A stretch of 64,000 nt of DNA, from assembly GCA_964016885.1 (NCBI GenBank), contig OZ024742.1, positions 162,440,001 to 162,504,000 on the forward strand. Reading direction: 5' to 3'. Numbering within the stretch: the first letter of the stretch is position 1; every line of letters begins with the position of its first letter. This DNA is from Eledone cirrhosa (taxonomy: Eukaryota). Shown here piece after piece: positions 30,101-45,100 of this stretch. The position numbers and the translations under genes are program-made. The notes beneath the pieces were generated by a model. It saw only the letters and a list, made by a program, of their open reading frames with translations, was not told the DNA's origin and ran no database searches.

Positions 30101-33100
30101 AACGACACCCTCCCAACATAGGTAAATGCACCCTCCTATCATAGCTAACGGCACCCTTCCAACATAGTTAAAGACACCCTCCTAACAGGTAACGACACCC
30201 TCCTAACATAGGTAATGGAACTCTCCCAACATAGGTAACGGCACCCTCCTAACATAGGTAATGGTACCCTTCCAACATTGGTAATGGCACCCTCCTAACA
30301 TATGTAACGGCACTCTCCCAACATAGGTAACTGCACCCTCCCAACATAGGTAACGGCACCCTTCCATCATAGGTAATGGCACCCTCCTAATATAGGTAAC
30401 GGCATCCTCCCAACATAGGTAACGGCACTCTCCCAACATAGGTAACGGCACCCTCCCAACATTGTTAACGTCCCTGTCCCAACATAGGTAACGGCACACT
30501 CCTAACATAGGTAATGGCACGCTTCCAACATAGGTAATTGCACCCTCCTAACATAGGTAATGGGTCCCTTCCAATATAGCCAATGACACCCTCCTGGCAT
30601 AGGTAACGGCACTCTCCCAATATAGGTAACCGCACTCTCCCAACATATGTAAGGGCACGCTCACAAACATAGGTAACGGCAGGCTCCTAACATTGGTAAC
30701 GGCACCCTTCCAACATAGGTAATGGCACCCTCCTAACATAAGCAACGGCCTATCCCAACATAGGTAATGGCACTCACCCGACTTAGGTAACGGCACTCTC
30801 CCAACATAGGTAATGGCAGTTTCCCAACATAGGTAACGGCACCCTCCCAATATAGGTAATGGCACGCTCCCATCATAGGTAACGGCACTCTTCAAACATA
30901 GGTAACGGCACCCTTCCATCATAGGTAATGGCACCCTCCTAACATAGGTAACAGCACCCTCCCAACATAGGTAACGGCACGCTCCCAACACAGATAACGC
31001 CACCCTCCCAACATAGGTAACGGCACCCTCCTAACATAGTTAAAGGCACCCTCCCAACATAGGTAATGGCACCCTCCTAACATAGGTAACGGCACGCTCC
31101 CAACATAGGTAATGCTACTCTCCCAACATAGGTAACGGCACTCTCTTAATATAGGTAACGGCACCCTCTCTAACATAGGTAATGGGACTCTCCTAACATA
31201 GGTGACGGCACTCTTCCATCAAAGGTAACGGCACCCTTACAACATAGGGAATGGCACCCTCCTAACATAGGTAGTGGCACCCTCCCAACATAGGTAATGG
31301 CACTCTCACAACATAGGTAACGGCACCCTCCTAACATAGGTAACAACAGATTCCTAACATAGGTAACGGCACCCTCCCAACATTGGTAATGTCACTCCCA
31401 CATCATATGTAACGGCACTCTCCCAACATAGGTAACAGCTCCCTTCCATCATAGGTAATGGCACCCTCCCAACATAGGTAACGGCATCCTCCTAACATAG
31501 GTAACGGCACCCTCGTAACATAGGTAATGACACTCTGCCATCATAGGTAACGGCACCCTCCTAAATTAGGTAACGGCACCCTTCCAACATAGGTAACGTC
31601 ACCCTTCCAACATATGTAATGGAACCCTCCTAACATACGTAACGGCACCCTCCTAACATAGGTAACTGCTCTCTTCCAACATAGGTAATAGCACCCTCCT
31701 AACATAGGTAACGGCACCCTTCCAACATTGGTAATGTCACTCCCACATCATATGTAACGGCACTCTCCCAACATAGGTAACAGCTCCCTTCCATCATAGG
31801 TAATGGCACCCTCCCAACATAGGTAACGGCACCCTCCTAACATAGGTAACGGCAGCCTTCCAACATGTAATGGCACCCTCCTAACATAGGTAACGGCACC
31901 CTCCCAAAATGGGTAATGGCACTCTCCCAACATAGGTAACGGCAATCTCCCAACATAGGTAACGGCACCCTCCTTACATAGGTATCGGCACACTTCCAAC
32001 ATAGGTAAAGGCACCCTCACAAACATAGGTAACGGCAGCCTCCTAACATAGGTAACGGCACCCTTCCAACATAGGTAATGGCACCCTCCTAACATAAGCA
32101 AAGGCACCCTCCCAACATAGGTAATGGCACTTTCCCAACATAGTTAATGGCACCCTCCTAACATAGGTAACGGCACCCTCCTAACATAGGTAACGGAACT
32201 CTCCCAACATAGGTAATGGCACTTTCCCAACATAGGTAACGGCACCCTCCCAATATAGGTAATGGCACGCTCCCATCATAGGTAACGGCACTCTTCCAAC
32301 ATAGGTAACGGCACTCTTCCATCATAGGTAATGGCACCCTCCTAACATAGGTAATGGCACCCTCCCAACATAGGTAACGGCACGCTCCCAACACAGATAA
32401 CGCCACCCTCCCAACATAGGTAACGGCACCCTCCTAACATAGTTAAAGGCACCCTTCCAACATAGGTAATGGCACCCTCCTAACATAGGTAACGGCACTC
32501 TTTTAACATAGGTAACGGCACCCTCTCTACATAGGTAATGGGACTCTCCTAACATAGGTGACGGCACTCTTCCATCAAAGGTGACGGCACCCTTACAACA
32601 TAGGGAATGACACTCTCCTAACATAGGTAGTGGCACCCTCCCAACATAGGTAATGACACTCTCACAACATAGGTAACGGCACCCTCCTAACATAGGTAAC
32701 AACAGCTTCCTAACATAGGTAACGGCACCCTCCCAACATTGGTAATGTCACTCCCACATCATATGTAACGGCACTCTCCCAACATAGGTAACAGCTCCCT
32801 TCCATCATAGGTAATGGCACCCTCCCAACATAGGTAACGGCACCCTTCCCACATAGGTAAAAGCATCCTCCTAACATAGGTAATGGCACACTCCCAACAT
32901 AGGTAATGGCACTCTCCCAACATAGGTAACGGCACCCTCCTAACATAGGTAACGGCACCCGCTTAACATAGGTAACGACACTCTCGTAACATAGGTAACG
33001 GCACCCTACCAACATAGGTAATGGTACTCTCCCAATATAGGTAACGGAACTCTCTTAACATAGGTAACGGCACCCTCTCTAACATAGGTAATGGGACTCT

Positions 33101-36100
33101 CCTAACATAAGTGACGGCACTCATCCAACAAAGTTAACGGCACCCTTACAACATAGGGAATGGCACTCTCCTAACATAGGTAGTGGCACACTCCGAACAT
33201 AGGTTTATGGCACTCTCCCAACATAGGTAACGGCACTCTCCTAACATAGGTAACAACACCTTCCTAACATAGGTAACGGCACCCTCCCAACATAGGTAAT
33301 GGCACTCCCACATCATAAGTAACGGCACTCTCCCAACATAGGTAACAGCTCCCTTCCATCATAGGTAATGGCAACCTCCCAACATAGGTAACGGCACCCT
33401 CCTAACATAGGTAACGGCACCCTCCTAACATAGGTAATGACACTCTTCCATCATAGGTAACGGCACCCTCCTTACATACGTATCGGCACACTTCCAACAT
33501 AGGTAAAGGCACCCTCACAAACATAGCTAACGGCAGCCTCCTAACATAGGTAACGGCACCCTTCCAACATGAGTAATGGCACCCTCCTAACATAAGCAAC
33601 GGCAACCTCCCAACATAGGTAATGGCACTCTCTCAACATAGGTAATGGCACTTTCCCAACATAGGTAACAGCACCCTCCCAACATAGGTAACGGCACCCT
33701 CCTAACATAGGTAACGGCACCCTCCTAACATAGGTAACGGCACCCTCCTAACCTAGGTAACGGCACCCTTCCAACATAGGTAAAGGCAGCCTCCTAACAT
33801 AGGTAATCGCACTCTCCCAACATAGGTAATGGCACTCTCACAACATAGGTAACGGCAACCTCCCAACATAGGTAACAGCACCCTTCTAATATAGGTAACG
33901 GCACCCTCCCAACATAGGTAACTGCACCCTCCTAACAGTGGTAACGGCACCCTCCCAACATAGGTAACGGCACCCTCCCAACATAGGTAATGGCACTCTC
34001 CCAACATAGGTAACGGCACTCTCCTAACATATGTAACGGCACCCTCCTAACATAGGTAACGGCACCCTACTAACATAGGTAACTGCACTCTTCCAGCATA
34101 GGTAATAGCACCCTCCTAACATAGGTAACGGCAACCTCCCAACATAGTTAACACACCCTCCTAACATAGGTAACGGCACCCTTCCAACATAGGTGAAGGC
34201 AGCCTCCTAACATAGGTAACCGCACCTTCCTAACATAGGTAATGGCACTCTTCCAACATAGGTAATTGCATCCTCCTAACATAGGTAATGGCACCCTTGC
34301 AATATAGGTAATGGCAACCTCCTGACATAGGTAACGGCACCCTCCCAACATAGGTACTGACACTCTGCCATCATATGTAATGGCACCCTCCTAACATAGG
34401 TAACGGCACCCTCCTAACATAGGTAACAGCACCCTGCCAACACTGGTAACGGCACCCTCCTAACATAGGTAACGACACCCTTCCAACATATGTAATGGCA
34501 CCCTCCTAACATAGGTAACGGCACCCTCCCAACATAGGTAATGGTACTCTCCCAACATAGGTAACGGCACTCTTCTAACATAGATAACGGCACCCTCTCT
34601 AACATAGGTAATGGTACTCTCCCAACATAGGTAATGGCATTCTCCCATCATAGGTAACGGCACTCTCCCAACATAGGTAACGGCTCACTTCCATCATAGG
34701 TAATGGCACCCTCCCAATATAGGTAACGGCACCCTTCCAACATAGTTAATGGCACTCTTCCAACATAGGTAACTGCACTCTCCCAACATAGGTAACGGCA
34801 CTCTACTAACATAGGTAACTGCACCCTCCTAACAGAGGTAACGGCACTCTTCCAACATAGGTAATGGCATTCTCCCATAATAGGTAACGGCAATCTCCCA
34901 ACATAGGTAACGGCTCACTTCCATCGTAGGTAACCGCACCCTCCCAACATAGGTAACGGCACCCTCCTAACGTAGGTAATGCCACCCTCCCAACATAGGT
35001 AACGACACTCTCCTAACATAGGTAACGGCACCCTCCTAAGATAGGTAACGGCACTCTTCCAACAAAGGTAACGGCACCCTTACAACATAGGGAATGGTAC
35101 TCTCCTAACATAGGTAACGGCACCCTCCTAACATAGGTAACGGCTCTCTTCCATCATAGGTAATGGCACCCTCCCAACATAGGTAACGACAGCTTCCTAA
35201 CATAGGTAACGGCCCCCTCCCAACATAGTTAATGGCACTCTCCCAACGTAGGTAACTGCAGTCTCCCAACATAGGTAACGCCACCCTCCCAACATAGGTA
35301 ACGGCACTCTACTAACATAGGTAACTGCACCCTCCTAACAGAGGTAACGGCACCCTTCCAACATAGATAATGGCACCCTCCTAACATAGGTAACGGCACC
35401 CTCCCAACATGGTTAACGTCACCCTCCTTACATAGGTAACGGCACTCTTCCAATATAGGTAATGGCAATCTCCTAAACTAGGTAATGTCACATTCCCAAC
35501 ATAGGTAACGGCACCCTCCTAACATAGGTAACGGCACCATCCCAACATAGGTAACGGCCCCCTCCTAACATAGGTAGTGGCACTCTCCCAAGATATTTAA
35601 CGGCACCCTCCTAACGTAGGTAATGCCACCCTCCCAACATAGGTAGCGACACTCTCCTAACATAGGTAACGGCACCCTCCTAAGATATGTAACTGCACCC
35701 TTCCAACAGAGGTAATAACACCCTCCTAACATAGGTATCGGCACCCTTCCAACAAAGGTAATGGCACACTCCTAACATAGCTAACGGCACTCTCCCAACA
35801 TAGGTAATGGCACTTTCCCAACATAGGTAACGTCGACCTCCCAACATAGGCAACGGCACCCTCCTAACATAGGTAACTGCTCTCTTCCAACATAAGTAAT
35901 ATCACCCTCCTAACATAGGTAACGTCAACCTCCCAACATAGGTAACGGCACCTTCCTAACATAGGTAACGGCACCCTTCCAACATAGGTAAAGGCAGCCT
36001 GCTAACATAGGTAACGGCACCCGCCTAACATAGGTAATGGCACTCTCCCATCATAGTTAACGTCACTGTCCAAACATAAGTAACGGCACACTCCTAACAT

Positions 36101-39100
36101 AGGTAATGGCACTCTTCCAACATAGGTAATTGCACCCTACTAACATAGGTAATGGCACCCATCCAATATAGGTAATAGCACCCTCCTGACATAGGTAACG
36201 GCACCCTCCCAAAATAGGTAATGGTACTCTCCCAACATAGGTAACGGCACTCTCCTAACATAGGTAATGTTACTCTCCCAACATAGGTGACGGCACTCTC
36301 CCAACATAGGTAATGGTATTATCCCATCATAAGTAAGGGCACTCTCCCAACATAGGTAACGGCTCACTTCCATCATAGGTAATGGCACACTCCCAACATA
36401 GATACGGCACACTCCTAACATAGATCATGGCACTCTCCCGAAATATGTAACGGCACCCTCCTAACATAGGTAACGGCTCCCTTCCAACATAGGTAACGGC
36501 ACCCTCCTAACATAGGTAATGGCACTCTCCCAACATAGGTAACGGCACTCTTCCAAGATAGGTAACGTCACCATTCCATCATAGGTAATGGCACCCTCCT
36601 AATATAGGTAACGGCACCCTCCCAACATTGGTGACGCCACCCTCCCAACATAGGTAATGGCACTCTCCCAACATAGGTAACGGCACTCTCCTAACATAGG
36701 TAACGGATCCTCCTAACATAGGTAACTGCTCTCTTCCAACATAGGTAATAGCACCCTCCTAACATAGGTAACGGCACCCTCCTAACATAGGTAACTCCTC
36801 TCTTCCAACATAGTTAAAGACACCCTCCTAACAGGTAACGGCACCCTCCTAACATAGGTAATGGAACTCTCCCAACATAGGTAACAGCACCCTTTCATCA
36901 TAAGTAATGGCACCCTCCTGGCATAGGTAACGGCACTCTCCCAACATAGGTAACGGCACTCTCCCAACATAGGTAAAGGCACGCTCACAAACATAGGTAA
37001 CGGCAGCCTCCTAACATTGGTAACGGCACCCTTCCAACATAGGTAATGGCACCCTCCTAACATAAGCAACGGCACCCTCCCAACATAGGTAATGGTACTC
37101 TCCCAACATAGGTAATGGCACTTTCCCAACATAGGTAACGGCACCCTCCCAACATAGGTAACGGCACCCTCCTAACATAGGTAACGGCACCCTCCTAACA
37201 TAGGTACCCGCACCCTCCTAACATAGGTAACTGCTCTCTTCCAACATAGGTAATAGCACCCTCCTAACATAGGTAACGGCAACCTCCCAACATAGTTAAC
37301 GGCACCCTCCTAACATAGGTAACGGCACCCTTCCAACATAGGTGAAGGCAGCCTCCTTACATAGGTAACCGCACCTTCCTAACATAGGTAATGGCACTCT
37401 TCCAACATAGGTAATTGCATCCTCCTAACATAGGTAATGGCACCCTTCCAATATAGGTAATGGCAACCTCCTGACATAGGTAACGGCACCCTCCCAACAT
37501 AGGTAATGACACTCTGCCATCATAGGTAACGGCACCCTCCTAACATAGGTAACGGCACCCTCCTAACATAGGTAACGGCACCCTCCCAACACTGGTAACG
37601 GCACCCTCCTAACATAGGTAACGACACCCTTCCAACATATGTAATGGCACCCTCCTAACATAGGTAACGGCACCCTCCCAACATAGGTAATGGTACTCTC
37701 CCAACATAGGTAACGGCACTCTTCTAACATAGATAACGGCACCCTCTCTAACATAGGTAATGGTACTCTCCCAACATAGGTAATGGCATTCTCCCATCAT
37801 AGGTAACGGCACTCTCCCAACATAGGTAACGGCTCACTTCCATCATAGATAATGGCACCCTCCCAATATAGGTAACGGCACCCTTCCAACATAGTTAATG
37901 GCACTCTTCCAACATAGGTAACTGCACTCTCCCAACATAGGTAACGGCACTCTACTAACATAGGTAACTGCACCCTCCTAACGGAGGTAACGGCACTCTT
38001 CCAACATAGGTAATGGCATTCTCCCATCATAGGTAACGGCACTCTCCCAACATAGGTAACGGCTCACTTCCATCATAGGTAACCGCACCCTCCCAACATA
38101 GGTAACGACACTCTCCTAACATAGGTAACGGCACCCTCCTAAGATAGGTAACGGCACTCTTCCAACAAAGGTAACGGCACCCTTACAACATAGGGAATGG
38201 TACTCTCCTAACATAGGTAACGGCACCCTCCTAACATAGGTAACGGCTCTCTTCCATCATAGGTAATGGCACCCTCCCAACATAGGTAACGACAGCTTCC
38301 TAACATAGGTAACGGCCCCCTCCCAACATAGTTAATGGCACTCTCCCAACGTAGGTAACTGCAGTCTCCCAACATAGGTAACGGCACCCTCCCAACATAG
38401 GTAACGGCACTCTACTAACATAGGTAACTGCACCCTCCTAACAGAGGTAACGGCACCCTTCCAACATAGATAATGGCACCCTCCTAACATAGGTAACGGC
38501 ACCCTCCCAACATGGTTAACGTCACCCTCCTTACATAGGTAACGGCACTCTTCCAATATAGGTAATGGCAATCTCCTATACTAGGTAATGTCACTCTCCC
38601 AACATAGGTAACGGCACTCTCCTAACATAGGTAACGGCACCGTCCCAACATAGGTAACGGCCCCCTCCTAACATAGGTAGTGGCACTCTCCCAAGATATT
38701 TAACGGCACCCTCCCAACATGGTTAACGTCACCCTCCTTACATAGGTAACGGCACTCTTCCAATATAGGTAATGGCAATCTCCTAAACTAGGTAATGCCA
38801 CCCTCCCAACATAGGTAGCGACACTCTCCTAACATAGGTAACGGCACCCTCCTAAGATATGTAACTGCACCCTTCCAACAGAGGTAATAGCACCCTCCTA
38901 ACATAGGTATCGGCACCCTTCCAACAAAGGTAATGGCACTTTCCCAACATAGGTAACAGCGACCTCCCAACATAGGTAACGGCACCCTCCTAACATAGGT
39001 AACTGCTCTCTTCCAACATAAGTAATAGCACCCTCCTAACATAGGTAACGTCAACCTCCCAACATAGGTAACGGCACCTTCCTAACATAGGTAACGGCAC

Positions 39101-42100
39101 CCTTCCAACATAGGTAAAGGCAGCCTACTAACATAGGTAACGGCACCCGCCTAATATAGGTAATGGCACTCTCCCAACATAGTTAACGTCACTGTCCCAA
39201 CATAAGTAACGGCACACTCCTAACATAGGTAATGGCACGCTTCCAACATAGGTAATTGCACCCTCCTAACATAGGTAATGGCACCCATCCAATATAGGTA
39301 ATAGCACCCTCTGACATAGGTAACGGCACCCTCCCAACATAGGTAATGGTACTCTCCCAACATAGGTAACGGCACTCTCCTAACATAGGTAATGTTACTC
39401 TCCCAACATAGGTGACGGCACTCTCCCAACATAGGTAATGGTATTATCCCATCATAAGTAAGGGCACTCTCCCAACATAGGTAACGGCTCACTTCCATCA
39501 TAGGTAATAGCACACTCCCAACATAGATACGGCACCCTCCTAACATAGATCATGGCACTCTCCCGAAATATGTAACGGCACCCTCCTAACATAGGTAACG
39601 GCACCCTTCCAACATAGGTAACGGCACCCTCCTAACATAGGTAATGGCACTCTCCCAACATAGGTAACGGCACTCATCCAAGATAGGTAACGTCACCATT
39701 CCATCATAGGTAATGGCACCCTCCTAATATAGGTAACGGCACCCTCCCAACATTGGTAACGCCACCCTCCCAACATAGGTAATGGCACTCTCCCAACATA
39801 GGTAACGGCACTCTCCTAACATAGGTAACGGCACCCTCCTAACATAGGTAACTGCTCTCCTCCAACATAGGTAATAGCACCCTCCTAACATAGGTAACGG
39901 CACCCTCCTAACATAGGTAACTGCTCTCTTCCAACATAGTTAAAGACACCCTCCTAACAGGTAACGGCACCCTCCTAACATAGGTAATGGAACTCTCCCA
40001 ACATAGGTAACGGCACCCTTTCATCATAAGTAATGGCACCCTCCTGGCATAGGTAACGGCACTCTCCCAACATAGGTAACGGCACTCTCCCAACATAGGT
40101 AAAGGCACGCTCACAAACATAGGTAACGGCAGCCTCCTAACATTGGTAACGGCACCCTTCCAACATAGGTAATAGCACCCTCCTAACATAGGTAACGTCA
40201 CCCTCCTAACATAGGTAATGGCACCCTTCCAACATAGGTAAAGGCAGCCTCCTAACATAGGTAATGGCACTCTCCCAACATAGGTAATGGCACTCTCCCA
40301 ACATAGGTAACGTCACCCTCCTAACATAGGTAACGGCACCCTCCAAACATAGGTAATGGCACTCTCCCAACATAGGTAACGACACTTTCCTAACATAGGT
40401 AACGACACCCTCATAACCTAGGTATCGACACCCTCCCAACATAGGTAAATGCACCCTCCTATCATAGGTAATGGCACCCTTCCAACATAGTTAAAGACAC
40501 CCTCCTAACAGGTAACGGCATCCTCCTAACATAGGTAATGGAACTCTCCCAACATAGGTAACGGCACCCTCCTAACATAGGTAATAGTACCCTTCCAACA
40601 TTGGTAATGGCATCCTCCTAACCTATGTAACGGCACTCTCCCAACATAGGTAACTGCACCCTCCCAATATAGGTAATGGGACGCTCCCATCATAGGTAAC
40701 GGCACTCTTCCAACATAGGTAACGACACTCTTCCAACATAGGTAACGGAACCCTTCCATCATAGGTAATGACACCCTCCTAACATAGGTAACGGCACCCT
40801 CCCAACATAGGTAACGGCACGCTCCCAACACAGATAACGCCACCCTCCCAACATAGGTAACGGCACCCTCCTAACATAGTTAAAGGCACCCTTCCAACAT
40901 AGGTAATGGCACCCTCCTAACATAGTTAACGGCACCCTCCCAACATAGGTAATGGTACTCTCCCAACATAGGTAACGGCACTCTCTTAACATAGATAACG
41001 GCACCCTCTCTAACATAGGTAATGGGAATCTCCTAACATAGGTGACGGCACTCTTCCATCAAAGGTAACGGCACCCTTACAACATAGGGAATGGCACTCT
41101 CCGAACATAGGTAGTGGCACCCTCCCAACATAGGTAATGGCACTCTCACAGCATAGGTAACGGCACCCTCCCAACATAGGTAACGGCACCCTCCTAACAT
41201 AGGTAACTGCACCCTCCTAACATAGGTAATGACACTCTGCCGTCATAGGTAACGGCACCCTCCTAAATTAGGTAACGGCACCCTTCCAACATATGTAATG
41301 GAACCCTCCTAACATAGGTAAAGGCACCCTCCTAACATAGGTAACGGCACCCTTCCCACATAGGTAAAAGCAGCCTCCTAATAGGTAATGGCACTCTCCC
41401 AACATAGGTAATGGCACTCTCCCAACATAGGTAACGGCACCCTCCTAACATAGGTAACGGCACCCTCCTAACATAGGTAACGACACTCTCCTAACATAGG
41501 TAACGGCACCCTACCAACATAGGTAATGGTACTCTCCCAACATAGTTAACGGAACTCTCTTAACATAGGTAACGGCACCCTCTCTAACATAGGTAATGGG
41601 ACTCTCCTAACATAGGTAATGGAACTCTCCCAACATAGGTAACGGCACCCTCCTAACATAGGTAATGGTACCCTTCCAGCATTGGTAATGGCACCCTCCT
41701 AACACATGTAACGGCACTCTCCCAACATAGGTAACGGCACCCTCCTAACTTAGGTAACAACACCTTCCTAACATAGGTAACGGCACTCTCACAACATAGG
41801 TAACAGCTCCCTTCCATCATAGGTAATGGCACCCTCCCAACATAGGTAACGGCACCCTCATAACATATGTAACGGCACCCTCCTAACATAGGTAATGACA
41901 CTCTGCCATCATAGGTAACGGCACCCTCCTAAATTAGGTAACGGCACCCTTCCAACATAGGTAACGTCACCCTTCCAACATATGTAATGGCACCCTCCTA
42001 ACATAGGTAACGGCACCCTCCCAACATGGGTAATGGCACTCTCCCAACATAGGAAAGGCACTCTCCCAACATAGGTAATGGCACTTTCCCAACATAGGTA

Positions 42101-45100
42101 ACGGCACCCTCCCAACATAGATAACGGCACCCTCCTAACATAGGTAACGGCACCGTCCTAACATAGGTAACGGCACCCTCCTAACATAGGTAACTGCTCT
42201 CTTCCAACATAGGTAATAGCACCCTCCTAATATAGGTAACGGCACCCTCCTAACATAGGTAACGGCACCCTTCCAACATAGGTAAAGGCAGCCTCCTAAC
42301 ATAGGTAATGGCACTTTCCCAACATAGGTAACGGCACCCTCCCAACATAGGTAACGGCACCCTCCTAACATAGGTAACGGCACCGTCCTAACATAGGTAA
42401 CGGCACCCTCCTAACATAGGTAACTGCTCTCTTCCAACATAGGTAATAGCACCCTCCTAATATAGGTAACGGCACCCTCCTAACATAGGTAACGGCACCC
42501 TTCCAACATAGGAAAAGGCAGCCTCCTAACATAGGTAATGGCACTTTCCCAACATAGGTAACGGCACCCTCCCAACATAGGTAACGGCACCCTCCTAACA
42601 TAGGTAACGGCACCGTCCTAACATAGGTAATGGCACTCTCCCAACATAGGTAACGGCCCTCTCCTAACATAGGTAACGGCACCCTCCTAACATAGGTAAC
42701 GGCACCAGCCCAACAAAAGGTAACGGCACCCTCCCAACATAGGTAAGTGCACTTTCCCAACATAGGTAACGGCACCCTCCCAACATAGGTAACGACACCC
42801 TCCTAACATAGGTAACGGCACCCTACTAACATAGGTAACTGCACTCTTCCAACATTGGTAATAGCACCCTCCTAACATAGGTAACGGCAACCTCCCAAAT
42901 TAGGTAACGGCACCCTCCTAACATAGGTAACGGCACCCTTCCAACATAGGTGAAGGCAGCCTCCTAACATCGGTAACGGCACCCTCCTAACATAGGTAAT
43001 GGCACTCTCCCAACATAGGTAACAGCACCCTCCTATATAGGTAATGGCACTCTGCCATAACAGGTAACGGCATTCTCCCAACATAGGTAACAGCACTATC
43101 CCATATAGGTAACGGCACCCTCCCAACATAGGTAACGGCACACTCCTAACATAGGTAATGGCACCCTTCCAATATAGGTAATGGCACCCTCCTGACATAG
43201 GTAACGGCACCCTCCCAACAAAGGTAATGGCATTCTCCCATCATAGGTAACGGCACTCTCCCAACATAGGTAACGGCTCACTTCCATCATAGGTAATGGC
43301 ACTCTCCCAACATAGGTAACGACAGCTTCCTAACATTGGTAACGGCCCCCTCCCAACATAGGTAACGGCACTCTACTAACATAGGTAACTGCAGTCTCCC
43401 AACATAGGTAACGGTACCCTCCCAACATAGGTAACGGCACTCTACTAACATAGGTAACTGCACCCTCCTAACAGAGGTAACGGCACCCTTCCAACATAGA
43501 TAATGGCACCCTCCTAACATAGGTAACGGCACCCTCCCAACATGGTTAACGTCACCCTACTTACATAGGTAACGGCACTCTTCCAATATAGGTAATGGCA
43601 CCCTCCTAACCTAGGTAATGTCACTCTCCCAACATAGGTAACGGCACCCTCCTAACATAGGTAACTGCTCTCTTCCAACATAAGTAATAGCACCCTCCTA
43701 ACAGGTATCGTCAACCTCCCAACATAGGTAACGGCACCTTCCTAACATAGGTAACGGCACCCTTCCAACACAGGTAAAGGCAGCCTCCTAACATGGGTAA
43801 CGGCACCCGCCTAACAAAGGTAATGGCACTCTCCCAACAGAGTGAACGTCACTGTCCCAACATAAGTAACGGCACACTCCTAACATAGGTAATGGCACGC
43901 TTCCAACATAGGTAATTGCACCCTCCTAACATAGGTAATGGCACCCATCCAATATAGGTAATGGCACCCTCCAAACATAGGTAACGGCACCCTCCCAACA
44001 TAGGTAATGGTACTCTCCCAACATAGGTAACGGCACCCTCTCTAACATAGGTAATGTTACTCTCCCAACAGAGGTGACGGCACTCTCCCAACATAGGTAA
44101 TGGCATTATCCCATCATAAGTAAGGGCACTCTCCCAACATAGGTAACGGCACTCTTCCAAGATAAGTAACTGCACCATTCCATCATAGGTAATGGCACCC
44201 TCGTAACTTAGGTAACGGCACTCTCCTAACATAGGTAATGGCACTCTCCCAACATAGGTAACGGCCCCCCTCCTAACATAGGTAATGGCACTCTCCCAAG
44301 ATATGTAACGGCACCAGCCCAACATAGGTAACGGAACCGTCCTAACATAGGTAATGGCACTGCCAACATAAGTAACGGCACCCTCCTAACGTAGGTAATG
44401 CCACCCTCCCAATATAGGTAACGACACTCTCCTAACATAGGTAACGGCACCCTCCTAAGATAGGTAACGGCACCCTCCTAACATAGGTAAAGGCAGCCTC
44501 CTAACATAGGTAACAGCACCCTCCTAAAATACGTAATGTCACTCTCCCATCACAGATAACGGCACTCTTTCAACATAGGTAACGCACCCTTCCATCATAG
44601 GTAATGGCACCCTCCTAACTTAGGTAACGGCACGCTCCAACATAGGTAACGGCACGCTCCCAACGTAGGTAACCATACCCTCCCAACATAGGTAACGGGA
44701 CCCTCGTAACATAGGTAACGGCACCCTCCCAACATAGGTAACTGCACCCTCCCAACGTAGGTAACCGCACCCTCCCAACGTAGGTAACCGCACCCTCCCA
44801 GCATAGGTCACGGCACCCTCCTAACATAGGTAATGGCACTCTCCCAAGATATGTAACGGCACCAGCCCAACATAGGTAACGGCACCCTCCTAACATAGGT
44901 AATGGCACTCTGCCAACATAGTTAACTACACTCTCCTAACATAGGTAACGGCACACTCCTAAGATAGGTAACGGCACTCTTCCAACATGGGTAATAGCAC
45001 CCTCCCAACATAGGTAACGGCTCCCTCCTAACATAGGTAACGGCACCCTCCTAACATAGGTAACGGCACCCTCCTAACATAGGTAACGGCACCCTCCCAA